Program-made: the position numbers and the translations under genes | The notes under the pieces: generated by a model | Told to the model about the DNA's origin: nothing | The model's database searches: none | The model's input: the letters and a program-made list of their open reading frames with translations, nothing else | Origin: a virus | Lineage: Duplodnaviria; Caudoviricetes | Strand: one strand, 5' to 3' | IMG/VR virus record: IMGVR_UViG_3300038412_000035 | Location: 3,628 to 67,627 of that record | Length of the DNA stretch: 64,000 nucleotides | In this document: positions 15,301 to 23,968 of the stretch, in pieces | How positions within the stretch are numbered: position 1 is the stretch's first letter | Layout of the letters: each line of letters opens with the position of its first letter

Positions 15301-15945
15301 GGATTTGATTACATCCCTGTTGACGCCACAATATCAGAAGACAGGTGGAAGGTTGGTTCCAAGAACGGGCAGCGTGTTCTGGTTGGTCCGCTAAGCAACG
15401 TCAAGGGCATCGGCCCAAAGATGGTGAGCGCGATTATAGGCGCGCGCCGTCGTGGCGAAGCAATCCCTGATCGAGCGGCGAAGCTTCTCTCCAATCCGAA
15501 GACGGACATTGATGCTCTCTTCCCAATCGAAGCCGCAATCAACAAGATCATGCCTGATCCGGCTGAGCGCAATATCTTCACTCCACCAACGATCATCAAG
15601 AACATCGTGCCTGAACTGAAAAAGAAGACATATCTCATATACTGCACACCAACCCGCATCCAGCCTCGCGATGAGAATGAGGCAGTTCTGGTGGCGAAAC
15701 GAGGATATGAGGTGAAAGGCCAGACAGCTTATCTCAATCTTCGATTGACTGATGATACAGATACCGTCTTCGGAAAGGTCAGTCGCTTTGACTTCGACAG
15801 GATTGGAAGAGAGATTGTGGACCGTGGCCGGCCGGGGAAGGCGCTGTATGCGATGAAAGGGACGGTTCAGCTATTCCCAGGGTCAACCTTTCGCGCTTTC
15901 AATGTCTCTTCGATCCGCTACATAGGCGATATGGACAACGCTTGA
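12328..15945 (+). CDS. dnaE: DNA polymerase III alpha subunit, intein-containing
   Basis: PHP domain (ITD..KPIFGVE), GPARGSSCGSLV, PDIDIDF, LLKIDALGL, SFNKSHAVAY. Confidence 0.95.
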   Translation: MIRIRTGYSFRTASGHLDDVINKIKAIGWSHAPITDRGSTFGWVRWNKSAKKAGLKPIFGVELAVSDSINAKKPSVDYWTFIAKDSVQPINELISTATNQFRYQPLLNYEQALAVDAFKIIGHRSIINRLPVDNRDGLFWALGPAVAKGYANKLISSGIPPIMAGDNRYTNPEGKGLWEIICGRNAERQSYPQHILDESEWRRSIEFIVSDKSIIDQAIANARSVIDGSTAALVTGNLLKPEHPKPLYDMCVDGAAELKVDLTDPVYKERLDREIKLIYEKKFEDYFYIVSDICCFARKNMLVGPARGSSCGSLVCYLLGITLVDPIPHGLIFERFIDINRNDLPDIDIDFSDVRRHLVFDYVTKKYGAEHVARLGTVAMFKPKSALQEASGALNIPKWKCDNLSDTMIERSSGDARALNTLEDSLKELAAGKKLLEDHPEIINIIHMEGHPRHSSQHAAGIIISDKPVSEFVALDLRTGSTMCDKKDAEDLNLLKIDALGLKQLSVFEDTLEMASLPQNTLEHIPLDDQEAFDVLNQQKFSGIFQFNGQALQSISTQFKIDRFDDIVSITALARPGPLASGGAMEWVKRRNGMNPITYAHPVFKPHLQDTLGIVLYQEQVMEIGRKVGDLDWSQVTALRKAMSKSLGKEYFDQFGDPWKAGAIAKGVDPEKAEKVWDDLCAYGSWCLSGQTRLRNLFTNQHSKEEFFTIKQLYEAKGFSPFRTQPTTKRQRILCWDGRGLKPAETVDVVYSGRKETWLVEASNGNSIRATLDHRFLCIDGEYRSLRDIKVGDDVAVIGDRQITSRKAKTGTGSGRHNWRREELEGKAFFNGVRGTRKRVKEASPICTECGSWPTEEIHHIDGNHRDHNLHNLQAVCRKCHKKLHRDLFGQNPKPYDKGRGIEFAQVVSISNPLVEDTYDISMPCPNNNFLAEDFVVHNSFNKSHAVAYGYISYQCCWLKAHYPFEFAAATLSHEDDPMKQIMMLREMALEGFDYIPVDATISEDRWKVGSKNGQRVLVGPLSNVKGIGPKMVSAIIGARRRGEAIPDRAAKLLSNPKTDIDALFPIEAAINKIMPDPAERNIFTPPTIIKNIVPELKKKTYLIYCTPTRIQPRDENEAVLVAKRGYEVKGQTAYLNLRLTDDTDTVFGKVSRFDFDRIGREIVDRGRPGKALYAMKGTVQLFPGSTFRAFNVSSIRYIGDMDNA
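14386..15144 (+). mobile_element. 253-aa intein with HNH homing endonuclease
   Basis: W|CLSGQT N-junction; IRATLDH block B; DTYDI..NFLAEDFVVHN|S C-junction; CTECG..EIHHIDGNHRDHNLHNLQAVCRKCH. Confidence 0.93.
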
Positions 15946-15951
15946 TAGGAG

Positions 15952-16155
15952 ATGGTGATGCTTCATCTGATGTATGACGTTACGCACCAAGTATGGGTGT
16001 CTGTTTATGCTTTGATTAATGGGTATTGTCTTTATCCGAGCGATGAAGCGCCAGGCTGGGTTGGTCGAGCGGCGATAAGGCATCCCACTCTTTCGCCGGA
16101 ACAACTAGAAGCTGAATTCCAGAAGCAAGGGATAATCGGCCGGATATGGACCTAG
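15952..16155 (+). CDS. Small hypothetical protein
   Basis: ORF track, AGGAG SD. Confidence 0.5.
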   Translation: MVMLHLMYDVTHQVWVSVYALINGYCLYPSDEAPGWVGRAAIRHPTLSPEQLEAEFQKQGIIGRIWT

Positions 16156-16206
16156 CCTCCCTCCCTTTCGCGACGCGCGAACGCCCTAGAAGCGCGCGCG
16201 AGCGGC

Positions 16207-16307
16207 GGCGATTATCGGGGCGGCCGGTACTACCCTAGCGGCGGAAATCTTGGGGCGTAGGCGGCCCGCGCTAGGGCGGCGCGAGGCTATCGGGAAAAGG
16301 GCGAAAA
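16207..16307 (+). promoter_or_regulatory. 101-bp conserved upstream element, copy A
   Basis: 83/101 ungapped identity to 37031..37131; ends 3 nt before the primase ATG. Confidence 0.7.
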
Positions 16308-16310
16308 CGT

Positions 16311-18530
16311 ATGAGACAGAAGATAAGCAGCCTCAATGACCTTCCAACAGTCGCCGCCTACCTATCGCGGATCGGCGCTGAGCCTAGGGGATTACGAAGT
16401 GCGATCATTCGCGAGCAGTCCGGCAAATACTGGAAAGACATCGAGAAGATCCACTTCGCCAAGGACGGAACTGTAACAGCCGAAAACCAATCCAACAGCC
16501 CAACTGATCAGGAAGCAGCCCTGATCAAGTCGGAATTTGCCGGTGTGACGTGGCCGGAACCCAAGCGTCTGTTCTCGCTGATTGATGTTCCAGACATGAT
16601 AAAGAACGCTTCACCAGAAGACATCTATGAGTTTCGCGACGAAGAAAATATGATTGTGATGGTCCAGGTCCGCATCCAGATAAAGGACGGAAAGCGATAT
16701 GTGCCGTGGACCTATTGGAGCGACGATGAGTGGAGGGCAGCTGAACCTGAAGGGAAGTTGCCGCTCTTCAATGCCAACAAGCTCAATTCAAGCACAACCG
16801 TCTTTGTTCATGAAGGGGCGAAGGCCGCTCGTTCGATGCAGACTATGATTGAAGAGGCGACGCCCAACGACAGAGAGAGGATGAAGGCTCATCCTTGGGG
16901 GATTGAGTTGAGCGGCGCGGTCCATGTCGGATGGATAGGCGGCGCACTCTCGCCCTATCGCACGGACTGGTCGATGCTGGCAAAGTCAGGCATCAAGCGT
17001 GTCTACATCGTAGCAGACAACGATCCACCAGGTGTCAAGGCAGTTCCAGCCATCGCCCAACAGCTTCAAATCCCGACGTTCACCATTCAGTTCACTGATG
17101 AGTTTCCTGTTAGCTTCGATCTGGCTGATGAGTTCCCAGAGAAGATGTTCTCAAGCATGGACGGCCACCGCTATTACACCGGCCCAGCCTTCCGCGATTG
17201 CCTTCATCCGGCCACATGGGCAACAAACCTCATCCCAAACCAAAGAGGCAAGCCGACACCGATCTTGCGTGACTCATTTTCAAACATGTGGGCGTATGTG
17301 GAAGAGGCGGATGTGTTCGTTTGTAAGGAGATGCCAACCATCGTCCGCGCCGAGCCAATCCTCAACAAGATGGTCGCCGCATTCTCTCATACATTCGACA
17401 CAGGGCGCCTCATCGTCAAGAGCTACCATGGCCGCTCGCCAAAGCTATGCTACAGGCCTGATGAAAAGGGTCTGGTTGTAACACACAAAGATACCAGCGC
17501 CATCAACCTTCATGTGCCGAGTGTGATACGCGCGGCCTCTGGCGACATTGAGCCTTGGATTGAGTTTCTGCGCTATATGTTTCCGCGTGAAGGCGAGCGC
17601 AAAGAGATTGAGCGGTGGTGTGCGACGCTCATAGCGCGGCCGGATATACGCATGGGGTATGGGTTGCTGCTCGTCAGCGAGCACCAAGGAATTGGTAAGA
17701 CAACCCTAGGCGCAAACATCCTCGCGCCGCTGGTCGGATATCACAATGTCGGCTTCCCAAGCGAATCAGACATCCTTGGGGCATTCAATGACTGGATGTC
17801 AAACAAACGTCTCGTGGTGATTGGTGAGATATACTCAGGCTCAAGCTGGAAGGCTTATCACTCTCTCAAATCAGTCATCACAGACCGCGAGATCACCGTC
17901 AACCAGAAGTATATCAGGCCATACTTGATTGAGAACTGGTGCCATGTGATTGCTAGCTCCAACTCGATGCGCGCGCTGAAGATGGAGAATGATGACCGGA
18001 GATGGTTCTATCCTGAGATCACTGAGGTGCCTTGGCCGCAGGAGAAGTTTGTCTATTTGCGAGCGTGGTTGGAGCGTGGCGGGTTGTCGATCATCAAGCG
18101 CTGGGCTGATGAATATGGGAACTATGTGCGCAGCGCCGAACGCGCGCCTATGACGCGGAGGAAAGAGGAACTGATTGATGGAAGCCGCTCCGAAGCCCAG
18201 CGCGAAGTCGCCGGCCTCGCTGAAGCTGTGGTGAATGAAGAGAAGCCTGTAGCGCTCTTGATGAAAGAGGTTATTGCATGGGTTAGGAACCAAGTTCAAG
18301 GCCGTGTGTTTGACTCGGATTATGAGTTGCGAAAGACGATGGTTGAAGTTGGCCTGAAGGTGTTCCCAGAGCGAGTCAAGATCCACGGTATGATGCACTA
18401 CGTGATCATGAATGATCTTCTTTTTGATCTCGTAATGCGCATTGAGGATGAGAATGAGAAGCGAAGCCGGCTGAATGTGATTCGCGAGCATGTGATCAAG
18501 GTAACGGACATCATCACTCCAGAGATGTAG
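16311..18530 (+). CDS. Primase-helicase (TOPRIM-like + D5/DUF5906 P-loop NTPase)
   Basis: VFVHEGAKAA, YIVADND, QGIGKTT Walker A, ENDDRRW. Confidence 0.85.
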   Translation: MRQKISSLNDLPTVAAYLSRIGAEPRGLRSAIIREQSGKYWKDIEKIHFAKDGTVTAENQSNSPTDQEAALIKSEFAGVTWPEPKRLFSLIDVPDMIKNASPEDIYEFRDEENMIVMVQVRIQIKDGKRYVPWTYWSDDEWRAAEPEGKLPLFNANKLNSSTTVFVHEGAKAARSMQTMIEEATPNDRERMKAHPWGIELSGAVHVGWIGGALSPYRTDWSMLAKSGIKRVYIVADNDPPGVKAVPAIAQQLQIPTFTIQFTDEFPVSFDLADEFPEKMFSSMDGHRYYTGPAFRDCLHPATWATNLIPNQRGKPTPILRDSFSNMWAYVEEADVFVCKEMPTIVRAEPILNKMVAAFSHTFDTGRLIVKSYHGRSPKLCYRPDEKGLVVTHKDTSAINLHVPSVIRAASGDIEPWIEFLRYMFPREGERKEIERWCATLIARPDIRMGYGLLLVSEHQGIGKTTLGANILAPLVGYHNVGFPSESDILGAFNDWMSNKRLVVIGEIYSGSSWKAYHSLKSVITDREITVNQKYIRPYLIENWCHVIASSNSMRALKMENDDRRWFYPEITEVPWPQEKFVYLRAWLERGGLSIIKRWADEYGNYVRSAERAPMTRRKEELIDGSRSEAQREVAGLAEAVVNEEKPVALLMKEVIAWVRNQVQGRVFDSDYELRKTMVEVGLKVFPERVKIHGMMHYVIMNDLLFDLVMRIEDENEKRSRLNVIREHVIKVTDIITPEM

Positions 18531-18539
18531 GAGGGTGCT

Positions 18540-18956
18540 ATGAGGGAGAAATCAACCAAGGTATTCCGCACTGAGAGCGACGTTGGTGATTGGATGAATT
18601 CCAACTGGAAGTTGGGGAAGGGTCACTACAAGGTTGAGCCCAAGACTGGTGCGACGTATGGGTTCCCTGATCGATTGCTGGCTGTCGATGGTGTGCTGGT
18701 GCCGATTGAACTGAAGCGTGGCATCTTTCAGGTGAAGACAGGCAACATCAAGATCGAAATTGCGCGCCAGCGTCGCATCATCCGCGACCTACACGAGAAT
18801 GGCATCGCTTCATTCGTGTTGGTTGGTGTGATTGGGACAAACGTCCTGATGATTGGTAGCGGCATTAATGTCGTGAACTGTGGACCGATCGGAATGATGC
18901 GCGTGAGTTCAAAAGAAATAATGCTCCACTTCATCAGAGTTAACTTGCGCGATTGA
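18540..18956 (+). CDS. PD-(D/E)xK / VRR-NUC-like nuclease
   Basis: GFPDRLL..IELKRG. Confidence 0.75.
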   Translation: MREKSTKVFRTESDVGDWMNSNWKLGKGHYKVEPKTGATYGFPDRLLAVDGVLVPIELKRGIFQVKTGNIKIEIARQRRIIRDLHENGIASFVLVGVIGTNVLMIGSGINVVNCGPIGMMRVSSKEIMLHFIRVNLRD

Positions 18957-18963
18957 GGAAGCC

Positions 18964-19131
18964 ATGACCAAACAAACAGGAAAGCGCAAGCGCAAAAAGC
19001 TGACGAAAGAGCAGAAGAAAGCCATCTGGGAGCCAAGCAAAGCCAATGCTGGCGCTGGTTGGGATCCAAGATGGGATTCAAACAGTCACGATCCAATCCA
19101 ATACGAAACAGGCAAGCCACGCAACAGTTAA
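18964..19131 (+). CDS. Small basic protein (55 aa, below the ORF-track cutoff)
   Basis: GAGG SD, open frame MTKQTGKRKRKK.. Confidence 0.5.
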   Translation: MTKQTGKRKRKKLTKEQKKAIWEPSKANAGAGWDPRWDSNSHDPIQYETGKPRNS

Positions 19132-19134
19132 CCG

Positions 19135-19401
19135 ATGAGAATGAGAATGAGAATGAACACGTCCAATGAGAGAATAATTGAAATCGCTCGCCCTCGCTGC
19201 GAGTGGAGCATGAAGCGCTGGCGGTTCATCAAGTATGGTGGACCAATCATCAAGCATGTGGTGAAGGTGAAGAAGAGGAAGATGAGCAAGCCGGTGCCGA
19301 GCCATCGCTTGGTGCCGATTGATCGCTCCAGATACGAAGGCGAGCGCTTGAGAGTGATAAGAAACACGAGCCACAACTGGAAGGGTGAACTGCGGCGATG
19401 A
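19135..19401 (+). CDS. Basic hypothetical protein
   Basis: ORF track. Confidence 0.45.
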   Translation: MRMRMRMNTSNERIIEIARPRCEWSMKRWRFIKYGGPIIKHVVKVKKRKMSKPVPSHRLVPIDRSRYEGERLRVIRNTSHNWKGELRR

Positions 19402-19583
19402 ACATAGGCCAGGCTCTCAACGACATTCACACTCGCGTATCGTCTGTGATGGGGGCGCTGTGCATTGCTATCGTGCTGAGGCGAGCGCGTGTGGAAGATG
19501 CTGAGAGATGGTCTGAGGTTCTGAGGAAGGCAGCTGATGACCTATCAGAAGTCAGCAAGGCGATGAGAGAAGTGAAGGGATGA
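19398..19583 (+). CDS. Hypothetical protein
   Basis: ATGA coupling with the upstream gene. Confidence 0.55.
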   Translation: MNIGQALNDIHTRVSSVMGALCIAIVLRRARVEDAERWSEVLRKAADDLSEVSKAMREVKG

Positions 19584-19587
19584 TGAG

Positions 19588-19731
19588 ATGTGGCTCTTTC
19601 TTGACATAGCGAAGATCGCGGCTTGCTTCGGCATCGCTGTGTTTGGTTGTGGGGTGGGATTTTTCTTCTTCACACTCGCACTGGACATCTCTAATGATTG
19701 GGAACTTGAGTTGACGAAGAAGGGAGGGTGA
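19588..19731 (+). CDS. Small membrane peptide (47 aa)
   Basis: Hydrophobic stretch IAACFGIAVFGCGVGFFFFTLAL; fills the gap between coupled genes. Confidence 0.45.
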   Translation: MWLFLDIAKIAACFGIAVFGCGVGFFFFTLALDISNDWELELTKKGG

Positions 19732-19732
19732 G

Positions 19733-20083
19733 ATGTACCTGAATGACTACGCAAAGGACTGCCACGCTGCGAATGACAAGTGGTGGCGTGATCCGAATAC
19801 CAACCAAAGGATCGAGCGCAACAAGGGTGAGCTGTTGATGCTGATTGTTTCAGAGTTGGCTGAAGCAATGGAAGGCGAGCGCAAAGACAACATGGATGAT
19901 AAGCTGCCTCACAGGAGGATGGCTGAGGTGGAGTTGGTTGATGCGCTTATCCGCATCTTCGATTATGCTGGCGCATTCGGATATGATCTGGACGGAGCAT
20001 ATGCGGAGAAGATGAAGTTCAACGCAACCCGCAAGGATCATTCCCATGAAGCGCGCTTGGCTCCTGGGGGAAAGAAGTTCTGA
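19733..20083 (+). CDS. mazG: MazG-like NTP pyrophosphohydrolase
   Basis: SELAEAME..EVELVDALIRIFD..EKMKFN. Confidence 0.8.
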   Translation: MYLNDYAKDCHAANDKWWRDPNTNQRIERNKGELLMLIVSELAEAMEGERKDNMDDKLPHRRMAEVELVDALIRIFDYAGAFGYDLDGAYAEKMKFNATRKDHSHEARLAPGGKKF

Positions 20084-20144
20084 TGAAACAACCATGATTA
20101 AGTCAAAGTTCAGATATAAACAGACATGGATGAAGGGGAAGACG

Positions 20145-21488
20145 ATGAAGATGTTTGATGATCTCAGGGCTGCCAACATCGCGCGAGACTATGAGTGGGA
20201 CCCCAACAAGAAGATCACTCTCTCGTTTCGAGGCAATGAGTTGGCTGGGGAGACAGGCGAAGCCTGTAACATCATCAAGAAGCTTGAAAGGGAGAGGATC
20301 GGCCTTCGCGGATCGAAGGCCACCGCCCGCCAACTCGCTGAAGAGCTAGCAGACGTTGTGATATGCGCCGATCTTGCGGCGATGAGCGCTGGCATTGATT
20401 TGGCGATTGCCGTCGTGAACAAGTTCAACCGAACCAGTGACGAGAATGGCTTGGGCGTCCACCTCACAACCAAGCATGATTATGTTGATGTGAAACAAGA
20501 TGCGGTCCTTCGCCACACCAATCTAAGGCTTGAAAGAGCGAATGTGCTTCTGAGTGAGTTGGTGAATGTGCTTAAGCCTTTCGCCTTGTTCAGGCTTGAT
20601 GGACATGACAACAGTAAGGTTGTTTTCTACAGTCCATGTGATATCGGCATGAAGTTGAAGCTGGGCGACTTCCGCTATGCTGAGCAGGCAAGAGCAAATG
20701 TGCTTGATTATTTTGCTGAGATGCTGAACGCACAGCACAATGTGAATTTGATTGATAGTGAGGGAATCAAAGGCAAAATCAAGTGGACTTATGATCTTCT
20801 CGCTGCCAACATTAGGATTGATGAGTTGGAAAAGAAGCTGGTTGATGCTGAGCTTGAGCGCGATGATCTCAATACAGCACACAAGGCATGCGAGTTTGTC
20901 ATCAAAGAGAAGAAGGCAGATCTGACTGCGTTCTTTGATGAGATTGTTTCACTCAAAGCGCAGCTGGCTGACAAGGAAAGCAACTTGGCTGGTCTGCGTA
21001 ATTCGATCAAATTGATTGAAACGAAGCTGGCTGATAAGGAAAATGACTTGCGTGATCTCCAGGCTGAGAACAAATTGCTCCAGGGTAAGTTGTCTGATGC
21101 ATATGTTGAGCGAGACACAGCAATAACAAACATGAATGATGATTTCGCCGATCTTCAAGCAGAAAATGAAGCGCTAGAAAAGCTGAACAAGGAATACAAG
21201 GCAGTCATCAATCGCCAGGCCACAGAGTTGACTGAGGCGAAGGTCAAGTTGGATCAAGCGCAGGAGAAGGCGAAGGCTGAGCTGAAGCTGGCTGATGGCG
21301 CGGCGAAGATGTGGGCGGCGAAGCACGATGAGATAGCCAACAAGGTGCTTGAGTTACAGAAGCTGACTGGCCTTCCTGAGCTGATTAAGCATCAATGCGG
21401 GTATTGCGATGGCAAAGGAACAAACAACAAAGGCGAGAAGTGCCGTGGTTGTAATGGCAAGGGGATTGTCGGTGTGTATCAGAAGTGA
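20145..21488 (+). CDS. MazG-like domain + long coiled coil + C-terminal CxxCxGxG zinc finger
   Basis: ELAGETGEACN..EELADVVI..KFN; CGYCDGKG..CRGCNGKG. Confidence 0.75.
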   Translation: MKMFDDLRAANIARDYEWDPNKKITLSFRGNELAGETGEACNIIKKLERERIGLRGSKATARQLAEELADVVICADLAAMSAGIDLAIAVVNKFNRTSDENGLGVHLTTKHDYVDVKQDAVLRHTNLRLERANVLLSELVNVLKPFALFRLDGHDNSKVVFYSPCDIGMKLKLGDFRYAEQARANVLDYFAEMLNAQHNVNLIDSEGIKGKIKWTYDLLAANIRIDELEKKLVDAELERDDLNTAHKACEFVIKEKKADLTAFFDEIVSLKAQLADKESNLAGLRNSIKLIETKLADKENDLRDLQAENKLLQGKLSDAYVERDTAITNMNDDFADLQAENEALEKLNKEYKAVINRQATELTEAKVKLDQAQEKAKAELKLADGAAKMWAAKHDEIANKVLELQKLTGLPELIKHQCGYCDGKGTNNKGEKCRGCNGKGIVGVYQK

Positions 21489-21504
21489 TTGATTGGAGGA
21501 TAAG

Positions 21505-21756
21505 ATGGGCGAGATGAAGTGGACTAACAATGAAGAAATAGAGAAGGCATCTGTTGAGTTGGCTGTCCGCTTCAATGAGGCAGTCACTGAACAGTTCCGT
21601 GGCGATCCGAGGGGTGTCAGTGGCCTGGTTTTGATTATCGCCAGCATATCACTTCTCAGCAAATATGTTTCTCGTGTGAGTGATAGAAAGTGGAAGAGGC
21701 GAATGCTGGATAGTATCTGGGATCAGTTGATGGAAGAGTGGGACTTGATTGGTTGA
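21505..21756 (+). CDS. Hypothetical protein
   Basis: GGAGG SD. Confidence 0.6.
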   Translation: MGEMKWTNNEEIEKASVELAVRFNEAVTEQFRGDPRGVSGLVLIIASISLLSKYVSRVSDRKWKRRMLDSIWDQLMEEWDLIG

Positions 21757-21765
21757 GGTCTGACG

Positions 21766-22539
21766 ATGAGCGATGAAGGCGAAGACTTGAGTGGTGGCGT
21801 GAAGCCTCTGTGGACGCATGATAGAATAATGAAGATGATTGAACTGCGAAACTCAGGCTTGACTCTTCACCAGATTGCTAATGAGCTTGGTGATGTATCA
21901 AGGAACGGCGTTATCAGCAAGCTGACAAGATTGCCTGCTGAATACCTACCATTGCTGAAAGTTCCAGTGAGCAATGAGAGGAAGCCGAAGATTGTTGGCG
22001 AGACAGATGAACAAAGGATCGCAAGACAGAAGGAACAAAGGAAACAGCTGAGAATACGCCATGCGGAGAAAATGAAGAAACGACGCGCGGATGAACGCGC
22101 GGCGCGAGCGGTGGCTGGTGTTGTTGGTGTTGCTGGGGGTAGGCGTAGGAGAGTGAAAGATGGTGAAAGCGGCAGTGCTAGTGGTGTTGGTTGTGCTGGC
22201 AGTAAGGCTGATCGTGTGGATGATGGGCAACTGAGCGGTGCTGAGATTGCGAATTGGATGGAATGTTGGTTGAATGATGGCGGTGGGGTGACGCTGCTTG
22301 ATTTGACGATTGATAAGTGCCCGTGGCCGATGTGGGATAGCAGCGTTGTGACTGCTGATGAGAGGAAATATTGCGGGCGGCGTGTGGTTCCTGTGCTGGC
22401 GAAAAACGGGCGGCGGATGACGAGTGACGGTGCTTACTGCGACCACCACACGAAGTTGAAGAAGAGGAAGGCGAATGAGAGGGCAGTTGGTTGGGTTGAT
22501 AGGAAGAGAAAGAACACGATGGTTGTAAGACGGCGCTGA
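21766..22539 (+). CDS. gcrA: GcrA-like transcription/cell-cycle regulator
   Basis: WT.DR..L..G.T..QIA.ELG.VSRNGVISKL.RL HTH and TLLDLT..KCPWP..YCG..YC.HH domain. Confidence 0.85.
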   Translation: MSDEGEDLSGGVKPLWTHDRIMKMIELRNSGLTLHQIANELGDVSRNGVISKLTRLPAEYLPLLKVPVSNERKPKIVGETDEQRIARQKEQRKQLRIRHAEKMKKRRADERAARAVAGVVGVAGGRRRRVKDGESGSASGVGCAGSKADRVDDGQLSGAEIANWMECWLNDGGGVTLLDLTIDKCPWPMWDSSVVTADERKYCGRRVVPVLAKNGRRMTSDGAYCDHHTKLKKRKANERAVGWVDRKRKNTMVVRRR

Positions 22540-22869
22540 ATAGAAAGCGCTCCAGCGATTAATTAGGAGATGTTTGATAGAAGACCAACGAGGAAGAAAC
22601 TATCACCGATGAATGGCGTTCGGGAATTCAGAAACGTATGAAAAAAAAGGAAATTTGGGTGATTCCTTATTCCAACCAAGGGGATAGCTTATAAGAGTTA
22701 ACCCAGTACGCGAGGATCGGAGCGCGGATTTTTCATTAATTCTTACTAGAGGGGTAAAATTAAGAAAAGAGAAGAGAAGAAGGAGAGTTTAGGAAAGTAA
22801 GGGTAAAAGTCGCGCCCCGATCCTTGGGGCGATCTTGGGGCGTATCTCGAAATTAGATGGAGGCTGAAG

Positions 22870-23382
22870 ATGAGATACCTGGTGGTTGTAAGCAAGGGAA
22901 ATGAGGAGTTCAAGTGCGAGGATGAGTTGAGAGAGACATTCCGTGATCTTGTTTCATGGAATACTGTTGATGTTGTGGTTCCGACTTACACACAGCGCAT
23001 AAAGGCGCGCAATGCGAAGAAGTTTGCTGATGTGAGACGGTCCTTGTTTGGGAGGTATCTGTTTGTTGGGTTTGAGACTTGGGGTGATATGCATTGGTAT
23101 GATATCATGGAGTGTAAGCACGTTCATGAGATATTGGGTGAGGATGGAGTGCCGTTTTGGTTGACTGCCATAGAGGCTGAGAGAATCAAACAACCTATCA
23201 CTATGATGGTTGATACAACTGCTGTGGGCGATTCGTTTGCTGTTGGGGAAATTGCTCGAATAGTTGCTGGGCCATTCACCAACTACAAGGTGAAGGTGTT
23301 GAAAGGTGGGTATGTTGAAACGACTTTGTTTGGTAGATCAATCAAGCTGAAGTTCCCACACCACCTACTAAAGAAAATATAG
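22870..23382 (+). CDS. nusG: NusG/RfaH-family antitermination factor
   Basis: NGN domain (VVVPT..LFGRYLFV) and KOW motif (FAVGE.ARIVAGPF). Confidence 0.8.
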   Translation: MRYLVVVSKGNEEFKCEDELRETFRDLVSWNTVDVVVPTYTQRIKARNAKKFADVRRSLFGRYLFVGFETWGDMHWYDIMECKHVHEILGEDGVPFWLTAIEAERIKQPITMMVDTTAVGDSFAVGEIARIVAGPFTNYKVKVLKGGYVETTLFGRSIKLKFPHHLLKKI

Positions 23383-23592
23383 GGGGTAGGCACGAAACCC
23401 TATTTACGAGGGCGGAATTTTGGAGTTAACGTGTATAGGGGAAGGCGGTTTCGTTTTCGTTGGGGCGTCTCGTCGCGCGATCCTGGTTGGTCTTCGATCC
23501 TTGGTTGAAGATGATGGCCGGTGCGACTGAGGCTTGCGAGCCTCAAAGGCGAAGCCTTGCTGAATGCTAATCAAATTGGGGATTCAGATTAA

Positions 23593-23958
23593 ATGGCTGG
23601 TGGTGCGCGTCCTGGTGCCGGCAGGCCAAAGGGTTCGACCCCAGTCAATATCGAGCGCGAAGAGGCAATCAACGCTTCAGGGTTGACTCCGCTCGAATAC
23701 ATGCTGCGCACTCTGCGTGATTCAAAGAACCCAGCAACTGTAAGGATGGAAGCGGCGAAGGCCGCCGCGCCTTACGTTCATCCGAAGCTGGCGCAGGTCC
23801 AGCACAAGGGATTCATCGGCAACTATGATTTGACGAAGTTGTCTGATGCCGATCTGCTGAGGCTTGAGACAATCTTGCGTGATGCGGCCGCCACAAACAC
23901 AGCCGCTCTTTCAGCACCAATCATTGATGGTGTACTGGATGATGATGGCGAAGATTGA
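23593..23958 (+). CDS. terS: Terminase small subunit
   Basis: GGARPGAGRPKG..TPLEYML..AAPYVHPKL; position before terL. Confidence 0.8.
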   Translation: MAGGARPGAGRPKGSTPVNIEREEAINASGLTPLEYMLRTLRDSKNPATVRMEAAKAAAPYVHPKLAQVQHKGFIGNYDLTKLSDADLLRLETILRDAAATNTAALSAPIIDGVLDDDGED

Positions 23959-23968
23959 GAGTTGATTG

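Noticed and set aside
19135-19156. (ATGAGA)n microsatellite at a gene start
   Set aside because: Only about 3.5 units, and unit changes keep the frame; no evidence of function.
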